The notes under the pieces: model-generated
Seen by the model: only the letters and a program-made list of their open reading frames with translations
What the model was told of the DNA's origin: nothing
Databases searched by the model: none
Shown: positions 1 to 10,500 of the stretch, in pieces
How the letters are laid out: the number at the start of each line of letters is the position of its first letter
How positions within the stretch are numbered: position 1 is the first letter of the stretch
Assembly (NCBI GenBank): GCA_038213805.1
Contig: JBBQSO010000045.1
Coordinates: 1-41,160, forward strand
DNA from: Planctomycetota bacterium
GTDB lineage: Bacteria > Planctomycetota > UBA11346
Reading direction: 5' to 3'
Length of the DNA stretch: 41,160 nucleotides
Position numbers and translations under genes: made by a program

Positions 1-2
1 GC

Positions 3-1361
3 CTGACGCTGCACAGCGATTTCATCAACGAAAACGGCATCACCCGTTGGTACCGCGTGGCCGCCACGCACGCCGACGGATCGCGCTCGGACTTCTGCGC
101 TCCGGTCGCGGCCAGCACCGCGGCGGTGGACGACGAACGCCTGCTCGACGCGGTCGAGGCGGCGACGTTCCGCTACTTCTGGGACTACGCCCACCCGGTC
201 TCCGGCCTCACCCGGCACAAATTTCCGGATAATCAGCGCTGCGCCATCGGCGGCAGCGGCTTCGGCCTGTTGACGATCATGGTCGGCGCAGAGCGTGGTT
301 TCGTCACCCGTGCGGCGGCGGCGCAGCGGGTGCTGACCATGGTCGCCTTTCTCCAGGACAAGGCGCAGCGTTTCCATGGCGCCTTCCCGCATCTGCTTGA
401 TGGCGCCGATGGCACGGTGCGCCCGTTCACGCCGCACGATGACGGCGGCGACCTCGTCGAGACTGCGCTGCTCATGCAGGGCATGCTGGCCGTGCGCCGC
501 TACTTCGCCGCAGCGGATCCCATCGAGGACGAGATCCGCCGACGCATTACGGCCATGTGGCGCGAGGTGGAATGGGACTGGTACCTCAAGCAGGACGGCG
601 GGCGGCGACTCTTCTGGCACTGGTCCCCGCACTACGGCTGGGAGATGGGCCTGCCCATCACCGGCTACAACGAGGCGATGATCGCCTATCTGCTGGCCAT
701 GGCCTCGCCCACGCACCCCATCCCGGCCGCGTGCTACCGCGAAGGCTGGGCGATCGGACAAGGCTATGCGGGCGGTGGAGCGGACGCCGGGACCACCCGG
801 TGGATCGGGCCACCCGGCGGCGGAGCGCTTTTCATGACGCAGTACTCCTTCGTCGCCTTCGACCCGCGCGGCAAGCGCGACGCGTTCTGCGACTACGCTG
901 AAAACAGCCGCGCCATCAGCCTGCTGCAGCAGGACTACAGCGTCCGGAATCCGCACGCGCATGCCGGGTATTCGGCGCTGCTGTGGGGCCTGACCGCCAG
1001 CACCGGCCCCGACGGCTACCACGTCGGCGCGATCGGCAACGATGATGGCACCATCGCCCCCACCGCGTGCCTGAGCGCCATGCCCTTCACGCCCCGCGAA
1101 TCGCTCGCCGCGCTGAAGCACCTGTACCATGCCTACGGCAAGGACATCTGGGGCGACCTGGGTTTCCGCGACGCCTTCAACCTCACGCGCGGGTGGTACG
1201 CGCCGGGCTACCTGGCCATCGACCAGGGACCGATCGTGCCGATGATCGAGAACCAGCGCAGCGGTCTGTGCTGGCGCATGTTCATGAGTAATCCCGAGAT
1301 TGCGCCAATGCTCGCCGTGAGCGGTTGGCAGATTGGTTCCGCGCCCGCGCCGGTGCCCTGA
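3..1361 (+). CDS. Glucoamylase-family / GH144-like (endo-beta-1,2-glucanase-like) glycoside hydrolase, 5'-truncated, preceded by the end of an FN3-like domain
   Basis: Motifs TFRYFWDYAHPVSGL, GGSGFG, RFHGAFPH, DDGGDLVETALLMQG, EVEWDW, GYNEAMIAYLLA, WGLTAS, GTIAPTA, GFRDAFN and YLAIDQGPIVPMIEN are typical of this family. The frame is open from position 3 (LTLHSDFINENGITRWYRVAATHADGSRS), so the gene starts upstream of the window. Confidence 0.85.
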   Translation: MTLHSDFINENGITRWYRVAATHADGSRSDFCAPVAASTAAVDDERLLDAVEAATFRYFWDYAHPVSGLTRHKFPDNQRCAIGGSGFGLLTIMVGAERGFVTRAAAAQRVLTMVAFLQDKAQRFHGAFPHLLDGADGTVRPFTPHDDGGDLVETALLMQGMLAVRRYFAAADPIEDEIRRRITAMWREVEWDWYLKQDGGRRLFWHWSPHYGWEMGLPITGYNEAMIAYLLAMASPTHPIPAACYREGWAIGQGYAGGGADAGTTRWIGPPGGGALFMTQYSFVAFDPRGKRDAFCDYAENSRAISLLQQDYSVRNPHAHAGYSALLWGLTASTGPDGYHVGAIGNDDGTIAPTACLSAMPFTPRESLAALKHLYHAYGKDIWGDLGFRDAFNLTRGWYAPGYLAIDQGPIVPMIENQRSGLCWRMFMSNPEIAPMLAVSGWQIGSAPAPVP

Positions 1362-1594
1362 CCCAGTCGATGGCGGCTCCCGTGAGGGATCACGCAAGAG
1401 GTGCGCAGTCGCGCAGACAACGAGTGTGCGGTCGCGGTTCCGAACTTGTGGGACTACGGTTTGGCGGCGCTCCGACCGCTCAAGTGCCCTCCGTGTCGCT
1501 GCACCACTTCACCACAGTCCTCAGCCGTTCTCCGCGTCTCCGCGTCTCTGGTCCGCTCCGGCTTTCGAAGATCCCCATCGACACAACGGCGACC

Positions 1595-4500
1595 TTACGG
1601 CGCGAGCGCCGCGGTGATGCTGATGACGATGGTCTGCTGGGTGGCCGAGCCGCTGCTGATCGAGGTCGGCGCCTGGAAGTACAGCGCGTAGGCAGAGGTC
1701 GCGCCGCTCAGCAGGCCGCTGGTGAGCGTCTGCGCCGAGGTCGTCAGCGTCAGCGCGTACGACGTTGGGTCGGTGGGTGCGCCAGAGGCGGCTGCGCTGG
1801 TGTCCGCCTTCATCAGGTAGGCGTTCGCGCCTGCGCTGGCCGCAGGTCCCCAGCTGGATGGCGCCGTCGCTGCGCTGGCGATGCTGAGATCGACGTTGCA
1901 GTCGCCGGTATCCTGCACCGTCAGATCGACGCTGCTGGTGATGGAGTTGGCGGTGGTGCCCACGGTCATCGCGCCCAGGGCCCACGTGCGCGGATCGCTG
2001 CCGGTCGCCCACGCGATCGCCACCGTGCTAGTGCCGGGGCCCAGGTCGAGCGCGCTGGCCGCGTTGCCGGTCGCAGGTGCGAGGCCGACCGCGTCCTGCA
2101 GATGCGCTCCAGACGCCACGAACACCCCACTCGGCTTGGCTGCGCCGGTCGCCGCCGCGCTGTAGGTGCCGCCCGGCGTCAGCCGTGGGCTGCCCGCCAG
2201 GGTCATGGTGATGGTGGTGCCGGTCTGGTTCGCGATGGTGGTCGTCGACAGGGTATCGCTGGTCACCGGCAGGCCGAGATCCGCCACCGTCATCGCCGTG
2301 GCGGTCACGCTCTCCGAGAAGGTCAGCGTCACGGTGTCGCCGGCGCTGACACCGCCGGTCCCGCCGTCGGTCCACGCCGTGGACAGCAACACTGGCGCGG
2401 CGGCATCGGTAGCCGCGGTCGCCGAGCCTTCGACCTGCACCACGCCCGAGCCCAGCGTGTGCTTGAGGGAGGTATTGGCGGTGATGCGCACGGCGGGCGT
2501 CGCGCCAGTGTCGCCGGCTCCAAGCTCGGTCAGCAGCACGTCGATCTGGTTGTCGTTCGCCACCGCGCCGGTGCTGAAGCCGGTCACCGTATAGCCGGCC
2601 ACCGTCACGGTCAGCGCACTGGTGTCGTCGTTCAGCGCCATGTCGAAAGTCAGGCGGATGCGATCGAGATGCCCGTTGCCATCAGCATCCAGCGTCTGCC
2701 GCGCGGTCAGCACCGGCGCGATGTCGGTCAGGGTCACCGCGGTCGCGGTGTAGGCGATGCGGAACAAGCGACCAGCCTGGGTGAAGACCGTATTGGTGGC
2801 CAGACCGCTGAAGGTACCGCTGACCGTGCCCGCCGAGACGATGGTGTAGACCTTGCCGACCGCGGCGTTGGCGTTGCTCGCGACCGTCAGCGTACCGGCG
2901 CAGGCCACCGTGCCGGCGGTTGTCACTCGGTCATTCGTCGGTGTCGTCCCGTCGAGATCGAGGCTGAGGGTCGAAGCAGCATTGCAGGTCACCGAGCCGG
3001 TGGTCAGCGTGCCGATCGCCGTGCCGCCCAGGCCCGGCGCCAGGGTCGCTCCCGCGGCCAGGGCCACCGTCCCCGCCACCGTGCCGGTGCCGCCCAGGGT
3101 GGCGGTATTGCCGACGGAGACCGCGCTGCCGCTGGCCAGCGACCCGGTCACCAGCAGCGTTCCGGCGCTGACCGCGGTTGCGCTCGCATACGTGTTCGCC
3201 GCCGACAGCGTCAGCGTCCCAGAACCCGACTTGATAAGTCCCGTGTCGGCTCCGCTACCGGTTAGGGCGATGACGGTTGATACGTTCACCGCGTCACCGG
3301 CGGCGATGGCGAAGGTCGCACCGCCAGTTTGGCCCAAGGTGGCGTTGCCACCGCTGATGGTAGAGGTGGTTCCGCCACCGAGGGTTGATACGCCCTGGTC
3401 GAAATTCCAGTTTCCGAACGACCCATTCGCAGTCGTCGCGGATAGCGTGCCACCATTGAGTACGACGGCGTTGAGATGATTGCTGCTGGTGCCGGTGCTG
3501 GTGACCACACCACCAGCGTTGATTTGAATAGTTTTGCTGGTCGACGTGCTGCCGGTGAATGCATTGTCGCCAGTGACGGAGATGGTCCCCCCATTGTTGA
3601 CGACAACTCCAGCCGCACTCCCGACTGCGCCCGTGCTCGTATTGCCTGCCGCCGTGGACAGCGTCCCCGCATTGACCGTCACCGTTCCCGTGAAGGTGTT
3701 GTTTGCAGACAGGGTCAGGGTTCCGCTGCCATTCTTAGTCAGGCCCCCATCGGTCGCGTTGTCGCCGCCCACGGTGGAATGGCTCATGACGCCAGAGATG
3801 GAAACTGCGAAGCCATTGGTATCGATGATCGCGCCCCCATTGCGTACATCCACGGGGACGTTGCCGCTGTTTGCAAGATTGGCGAGGGCCGCACCGGCCT
3901 GCAGGTTGCCACCGTTGAGATGAATAATGACGGATGCCGATCCATTGCCGAAGGTACGCTGGGTTGAGAGTGTCCCTCCATCAAGATTGATGGTGCCAAC
4001 CCCGCCAAACCCGGCCAGGTAGACCTTATCGTTGGGGAATGCGCCGGCAGCCCCGACGGTGACGGTACCACCAGCGATGGTCAGGACTCCGGTACCAAAT
4101 GGCGCCCCTCCGTTGCTGCCACCGACAAAGACCCGCCCACCGCCATTGCCGACCGACAACGAGCCGCCGGCGTTCACCGTGATGGTTCCGGTCCCCGCCG
4201 CGGCATAGCCGACGCCACAGACGCTTGATGCGCTACTAGCCAGGGTCACGGTGCCATTGGTGATGGTGGCGCTGCCGCCGGATTGGGTGATGAGACTCAA
4301 GGTTCCGATCAGGGAACCGCCGCCGCTGATGTCCAGGGTTCCGGCGCTGACCGTCGTCGCGCCGTCATAGGTGCTCGCGCCCGTCATTGTCATCGTCCCG
4401 CTGCCTGTCTTCGACACCGCGCCGGTGCCGCTGATCACGCCACTCAGCGTCGTCGAGGTGGCGTCGCCTCCGCATGTGAGCGTTGCGCTGCCCAGAGTGA

Positions 4501-7500
4501 TGCTGCCCGCGCCAGCGAGGGAACCGACGGTCTCGTCGAAGTTCGCCAGGTTCCAGGTCGCGCCGCTAGCCACCGTCACCGCGCTGGTGTCCGCGATGAC
4601 TCCTGCCGCACCGTTCGTGAGCGTACCGGCGGAGATCGTGGTGCTGCCGGTGTAGGTATTCACGCCCGACAGCGTCAGCGTACCACCGCCGGTCTTGGTC
4701 AGACCGCCCGCGTTAGAAATCACACCGCTGATCGTCGTTGGGCCTGCGCACGCTGCGGTGAGCAGAAATGCGCCGTTATTCATCGTGCCAATGATCGTGG
4801 TGGTCCCACCCGCAGTCGTGGCAATGGTCGGTGCTGCCGTGGTGAAGGTGATATTTGGCGCGAAGCTGGACGTGTTGCTGGTTTCGTTATTCGCGAATGC
4901 CGGTGCGCCACCACTCAGGGCGAGTGCATTGCCACTCATGGCCCACGCGCCGCCGCCTGCTGCGAGCGTGATGGAGTTGAAGCTGGTCCCTGCACCAAAA
5001 TCGTTGGCATTCGTCAGACGCGTGCTGCCGGCAAAGATCAGGCTATCTCCAGGAATGGGCGCAATGCCACCGACCCAGTTTGACGCGGTCGTCCAATTGC
5101 CATCGGCGCCGCCGCCATTCCACGTCTTCGTACCGTTCGCTACGCCAGTGACGTCACTCAGGGTCACGCTCGTGGCGGTGTAGACGATTTGGAAGGTGCG
5201 GCCCGCCTGAACGAAGGTCGATCCGTTCGCCATGCCGCTGAACGTGCCGGTGACGCTTGATCCACTGACAATGGTATAACTCTTCCCTGCGCCAGAGTTG
5301 GTATTGCTTGCCACGGTCAGGGCAGCAGACGCCAGCGCGACGATGCCGCTGGAGGTGATGCGGTCGGCAGTCGGCCCGGTCCCATCGAGATCCACCGCGT
5401 AGGTCGATCCCGCAACAGAGGTCACCCCGGCGGTGGTCAGGGTAGCGATGGCACCCGTGGCTAATCCCGGTGCGATTGTGCCGCCGCTCGCAAGAGTAAT
5501 CGCAGCCGTGGTCGTTGCGTTGCCAGCCACCGTGCCGCCGGAATTCACCGTCGTCGCGCTGGCGAAGGCGGCCAGCCCGTCGAGCACCAAGGTGCCACCG
5601 TTGATGGTCGTGGCTCCGGTGTACTTGACCTGGCCGGTAAGAAATCCGCACCGCAGGGTGAGCGTACCCGTGCCGGACTTGGTCAGGCTGAGCGATCCGC
5701 TGCCACCGTTGTTGTTGCGAATCAGACCGTCATAGATGAAGTCTACCGTGTTACTGACGGTGAGGATGGACGGGGCATTGGGGCCAGCGGGCCCGCCCGA
5801 CTCCGTGTCCTGAATCACCGAGGCCTGGTTGGCGTTGCTCGTGATACCGGCAACCGTTTCGAGGTACCCATTGAGTTCGAACTTGGCGCTGTTGCCGCTG
5901 CCGCCTGAGGTGAACGTGATTACCGACGTGTCGGAAATCTGATCGGACGCCCCCAGCCGCAGTACATCCCCACCGCTCGCGTCGCCGATGCTGATGTTGC
6001 CAGCAATCGCATTCACGCCTACCGTCTTCTGCAGGATGAGCACGCCGCCGCTGACCGTGGTGACACCAGTGTAGGTATTGGCCGTGGTGCCTGACAGCGT
6101 CAGGACGCTGCTGGCATCGGTGTCCTTCGTCAGTGCGCCAGCACCAGAGATAATCCCTGACAACGTCTGCGCTGCTGATGATGCATACCGGAACGTCGTG
6201 CCAGTGCCGAGGGAGATATTCCCCGCGTACGATCCACTGCCGAGAGATCCGGCGCTACCGATGGCGAGCGTGCCACCTGAAGCAGCGACCGTGGTCGCGC
6301 CGGTGTAGGTGTTCACGCCCGACAGCGTCAGCACGTTGGTGCCGGCCTTGGACATTCCGCCGCTGCCGCTCATCACTCCCGAATACGTCGTGGCAGTGTT
6401 GTCGCCGCCGCAGGTCACAGTCGCGCTGCCCAACGTCACGTTGCCGGCTCCGGCCAGCGAACCGATGGTCTCACTGAAGTTGTTGAGATCCCACGTCGCG
6501 CCCGACGACACCGTCACCGCACTGCCATCGGGCACCACGTTCGCAGCCGCGTTGCGCAGCGTGCTGCCGACCACGGCGACCGCGCCGGTGAAGGTGTTGG
6601 CTCCCGACAGGGCCACGATGCCCGTGCCATTGCTGCCGGTGGTAAGGGTGCCGGTGCCCGCGATCACCGTCGCTTCCGTGAAAGTGAGGCCCGCCCCCGC
6701 CGACAGCGAACCGCCACCGCCGGCCAGGGTGATGCCGCGCAGGGCGTTGCCGGTGGTCGTGGTGGTGATGAGCAGACCACCGCCCGACATGGTGAAATAG
6801 TCGGCCACGAGGGCGCCGGGCGCCGGGCCAAAAACGGCGGTCGAGGATGCGCTGACCACACCGCCGCTGAAGACATACTTGCCGGTCATGGTGCTGGTGC
6901 CGCTGAGCGTGTAGGTGCCGGTGCCGGTCTTGGTGACGTTGCCGCTGCCGCTGGTGACACCGGAATAGGTCGTCGAGGTGTTGTCTCCGCCGCAGGTGAG
7001 GGTGGCGGTTCCCAGACTGACGCTGCCGGCACCGGCGAGCGAGCCGATGGTCTCATTGAAATTATTGAGGTTCCAGGTCGCGCCCGATGACACTGTCACC
7101 GCGCTGGCGTCGGCGATGACCCCGGCCGCACCATCTGTGAGCGTCCCGGCGCTGACCGTGGTCGCGCCGGTGTAGGTGTTCGCACCCGATAGGGTCATCG
7201 TCCCGGCGCCCGCCTTGGCAACTGCGCCGGTGCCGCTGATCACGCCGCTGAGCGTCGTCGAGGTCGCGTCGCCTCCGCACGTGAGCGTCGCACTGCCCAG
7301 GGTTATGCTGCCCGCGCCGGCCAGCGAGCCGACGGTCTCGCTGAAGTTCGCCAGGTTCCAGGTCGCGCCGCTGGCCACCGTCATTGCGCTGGTGTCCGCG
7401 ATGACCCCTGCCGCGCCGTTCGTGAGCGTGCCGGCGGACACCGTGGTCGCGCCGGAATAGGTATTCGCGCCCGACAATGTCAGAATGTTGGTACCGGCCT

Positions 7501-10500
7501 TGGTCAGCCCGCCAACCCCGCTCACCACGCCTCCCAGGGCCAGGTCGCCGCTGGCCGCATCTACGGTGCGCGTCGCCGCCACGGCTAGGGCCACGTTCAA
7601 CCGCTGCAGCGCGGTGCCGCCATTGGTCACCGCTCCGGCCAGGGTGATGGCATTGCCCGCCACGGTGAAGGCGCTGGCCCCCGAATTGAAGGTGATGCTG
7701 GCGAAGCTGGTGGCTGCAGCAAAGTCGTTGTTGGGCGACGTCCGCGTTGACCCAGCGAACTGCAGGTCCTCGCCCGCGACAGGCGCCAGATCAAAGTCCC
7801 AGTTGGCCGCGGTCGTCCAGTTGTTATTGGCGCCGCCGCCATCCCAGACGCGCGTGGTCGGCCGCGCGACATCCGTCAGGGTCACAGCGGTGCCAGTATA
7901 GGCGATCTGGAAGGTGCGACCCTGCTGCGTAGTCATCGCGCCGTTCACCAGGCCGGCGAAGGTTCCGGTGACCGTGCCCGCGCTGACGATGGTGTAGACG
8001 CTGCCGAGCGCCGCGTTGCCGGCGCTGGCGACGGTCAAGGTGCCGGCGCAGGTCACCGTGCCGGCGGTCGTGGCGCGATCGCTGGTGGGACCTACCCCAT
8101 CGAGGTCGACGCTGAAGATCGACGTGGCGTTGCCGCTCAGCGTGCCGGTGGTCAGCGTGCTGATGGTCGTCCCACCGGTGCCCGGCGCGAGCGTGCCGGT
8201 CGCGCCCATGGTCACCGTGCCGGCCACGGTGCCGGTGCCGGCCAGCGTGCCGCCGGTTGAAACCGTCGCCGCGCTGCCGCTGGCCGTGGCGCCGGTCACC
8301 ACCAAGGTGCCGCCGCTGACCGTCGTGGCGCCAGTGTAGGTGCTGGTGCCGGACAGCGTCAGGCTGCCGGTGCCGCCGCGCGTGACCGCGCTCTTGTTGG
8401 TGCCGCCATCGCTGATGACCCCGCTGAAAGTGGTCGACGCGCTGCCGCTCACCGTCAGGACCGCATCCACGCTACCGCTGTTGGTGACCGTGCCGCCGAA
8501 CCCGCCGCTGTCCGCGAGCGAGCCGAGCGTCTGCGGGCAACCACCCAGGTCGAGGGTGGCGCCGCTGGCGATCGCCAGCGCCGTCGCCGCCGGTAAAGCG
8601 CCACCAGAGGTGTAAATGAAGTTGCTGATGGTCTGCGTCGACGTCGACCCGCCGGTGCCGCCCGAGAAGCCGACGAAGGCGTTGGCGCTGGTGAGGGTCG
8701 TGGCGATGGTTCCCACCGCCAATGTGGTGCTGAAGGTGCTGCTCGTGGTCAGGTCGGTCAGGGTCTCGACTAGGTTGGCGGTGCCGTCGTACGTCAGCGT
8801 CACCGCGATTGGGTCGCCACTGGTGAGGACGACTGGGGAATTGGTCGTGTAGGCGCTCGTGACCGTGCCGTTGGTGAAGTACCTCGTGCCGGTCGTGTTG
8901 GTCGCGAAGAGGTTGAAGGCGAGCGCGACGCTCGGGGTGATGCCGGAATAGCCCAATTGCCCGCCGGACGCGCCCAGCGAGGTCACCGCGCTGTTCTGCA
9001 GGATGAACGCAGCACCATCGGCCGCCTTGTTGCCGCTGGCCTGGTACTGGAACGTGGCGGTGAAGCCCGCCTCCGCGACCTTGGTGTTGAAGAAAGCGCT
9101 GCGCGCCTGGTTACTGGCGTTGCTGGTGAGCGTCAGCACGTCGCTGGCCACCGTCGCGCCGCCGTTCAGCGTCCAACCGGTGCCGGTGGTGCCGAAGCCG
9201 GTGACCGACGTGCGCACTAGCGAGACGGTCCCCGCCAGGATGGTGGTTGCGCCCGTGTAGGTGTTGAGCGCGGACAGCGCCAGGATGCCGCTGCCGGCCT
9301 TGGTCATCCCACCGGTGCCGCCGATCATCCCGCCAACGGTCAGGGTCGAGGCGGCAACCGTCACCTGACGCGTCGCCGCGCCGAGCGCCACCGCGCCACC
9401 GCCCAGATTCAGGGCATTCGTCCCGGTGAAGGTGAAGTCGCCGGTCCAGGATTCCGGATTCTTGTTGGCGATGCTCAGCGCGCCGCCGGAACTGTTGTCG
9501 ATGGTCGTGCCACCGGCGATGGTGAAGGTGCTGGCGGACCCGCCGAGCGCCGCGGCATTGCCGATGTTCAGCGTGCCGGCGCTCAGGGTCAGGCCACCGC
9601 TGAAGGTGTTGGCGCCGTTCAGGGTCAGCGTTCCGCCGCCGAGCTTGGTCACTCCGCCCGTGCCGCTGACGATGCCACCGACGGTCAGGGTCGACGCCGC
9701 CACGGTGGCTTGACGCGTACCCGCGCCCAGGGCCACGGCTCCGGTGCCCAGGTTCAGGGCGTTCGTCCCGGTGAAGGTGAAGTCGCCGCTCCAGGATTGC
9801 GGATTGTTGTTGGCGATGGTGAGCGCGCCGCCGGAGGTGTTGTCCAAGGTCCCGCCGGCGATGGTGAAGGTGCTGGCTGCGGCGCCAAGGGCAGCCGCAT
9901 TGCCGATGGCGAGGGTGCCAGCGGTCAGCGTTACGCCGCCGGTGAAGGTATCAGCGCCGTTGAGCGCCAGGGTGCCGCTGCCGGTCTTATTCACTCCGCC
10001 TGTGCCGCTGACCACGCCGCCGACGGTCAGGGTCGATGCCGATGCTGTTACCTGGCGCACCGCCGCGCCCAGCGCGGTGGCGCCGGTGCCCAGGTTCAGC
10101 GCATTGCTGCCAGTGAAGGTGAAGTCCCCGCTCCAGGCCATGGGGTTATTCGCCGCGATGGTGATCGCCCCGCCCGAGGTATTGTCGATCGTGGTGCCGC
10201 TGGCGATGGTGAAGGTGCCCGCCGCCGCGCCGAGGGCGGCGGCGTTGTTGATGTTCAGCGAGCCCGCCGACAGCGTTACTCCGCCGGAAAAGGTGTTGGC
10301 GCCGGACAGTGTCACGGCGCCACTACCCGTCTTGGTCAGTGCAAAGGCGCCGCTGATCACCCCGCTCACCGACATTGCATTCACCGTCGACGTCCATGTC
10401 TGGCTCGCGCCGAGCGCGACCGGGCAGGCGATGCTGCTGCCGGCGACGCTGGCGGTGATGCCTCCGGCGCCGATGGTCAGGGTGCCGCCGCCGGCGCCGA

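Noticed and set aside
1362..1594. Possible small gene or ncRNA between the convergent glycosidase and adhesin genes
   Set aside because: Only short imperfect stems and an 8-mer duplication, with no convincing ORF or RNA family features.
4300..10320. Repeats in the adhesin as a possible CRISPR array or DGR template/variable repeat pair
   Set aside because: They are in-frame coding repeats with no spacers, differences are synonymous rather than adenine-specific, and no reverse transcriptase or cas gene is present.
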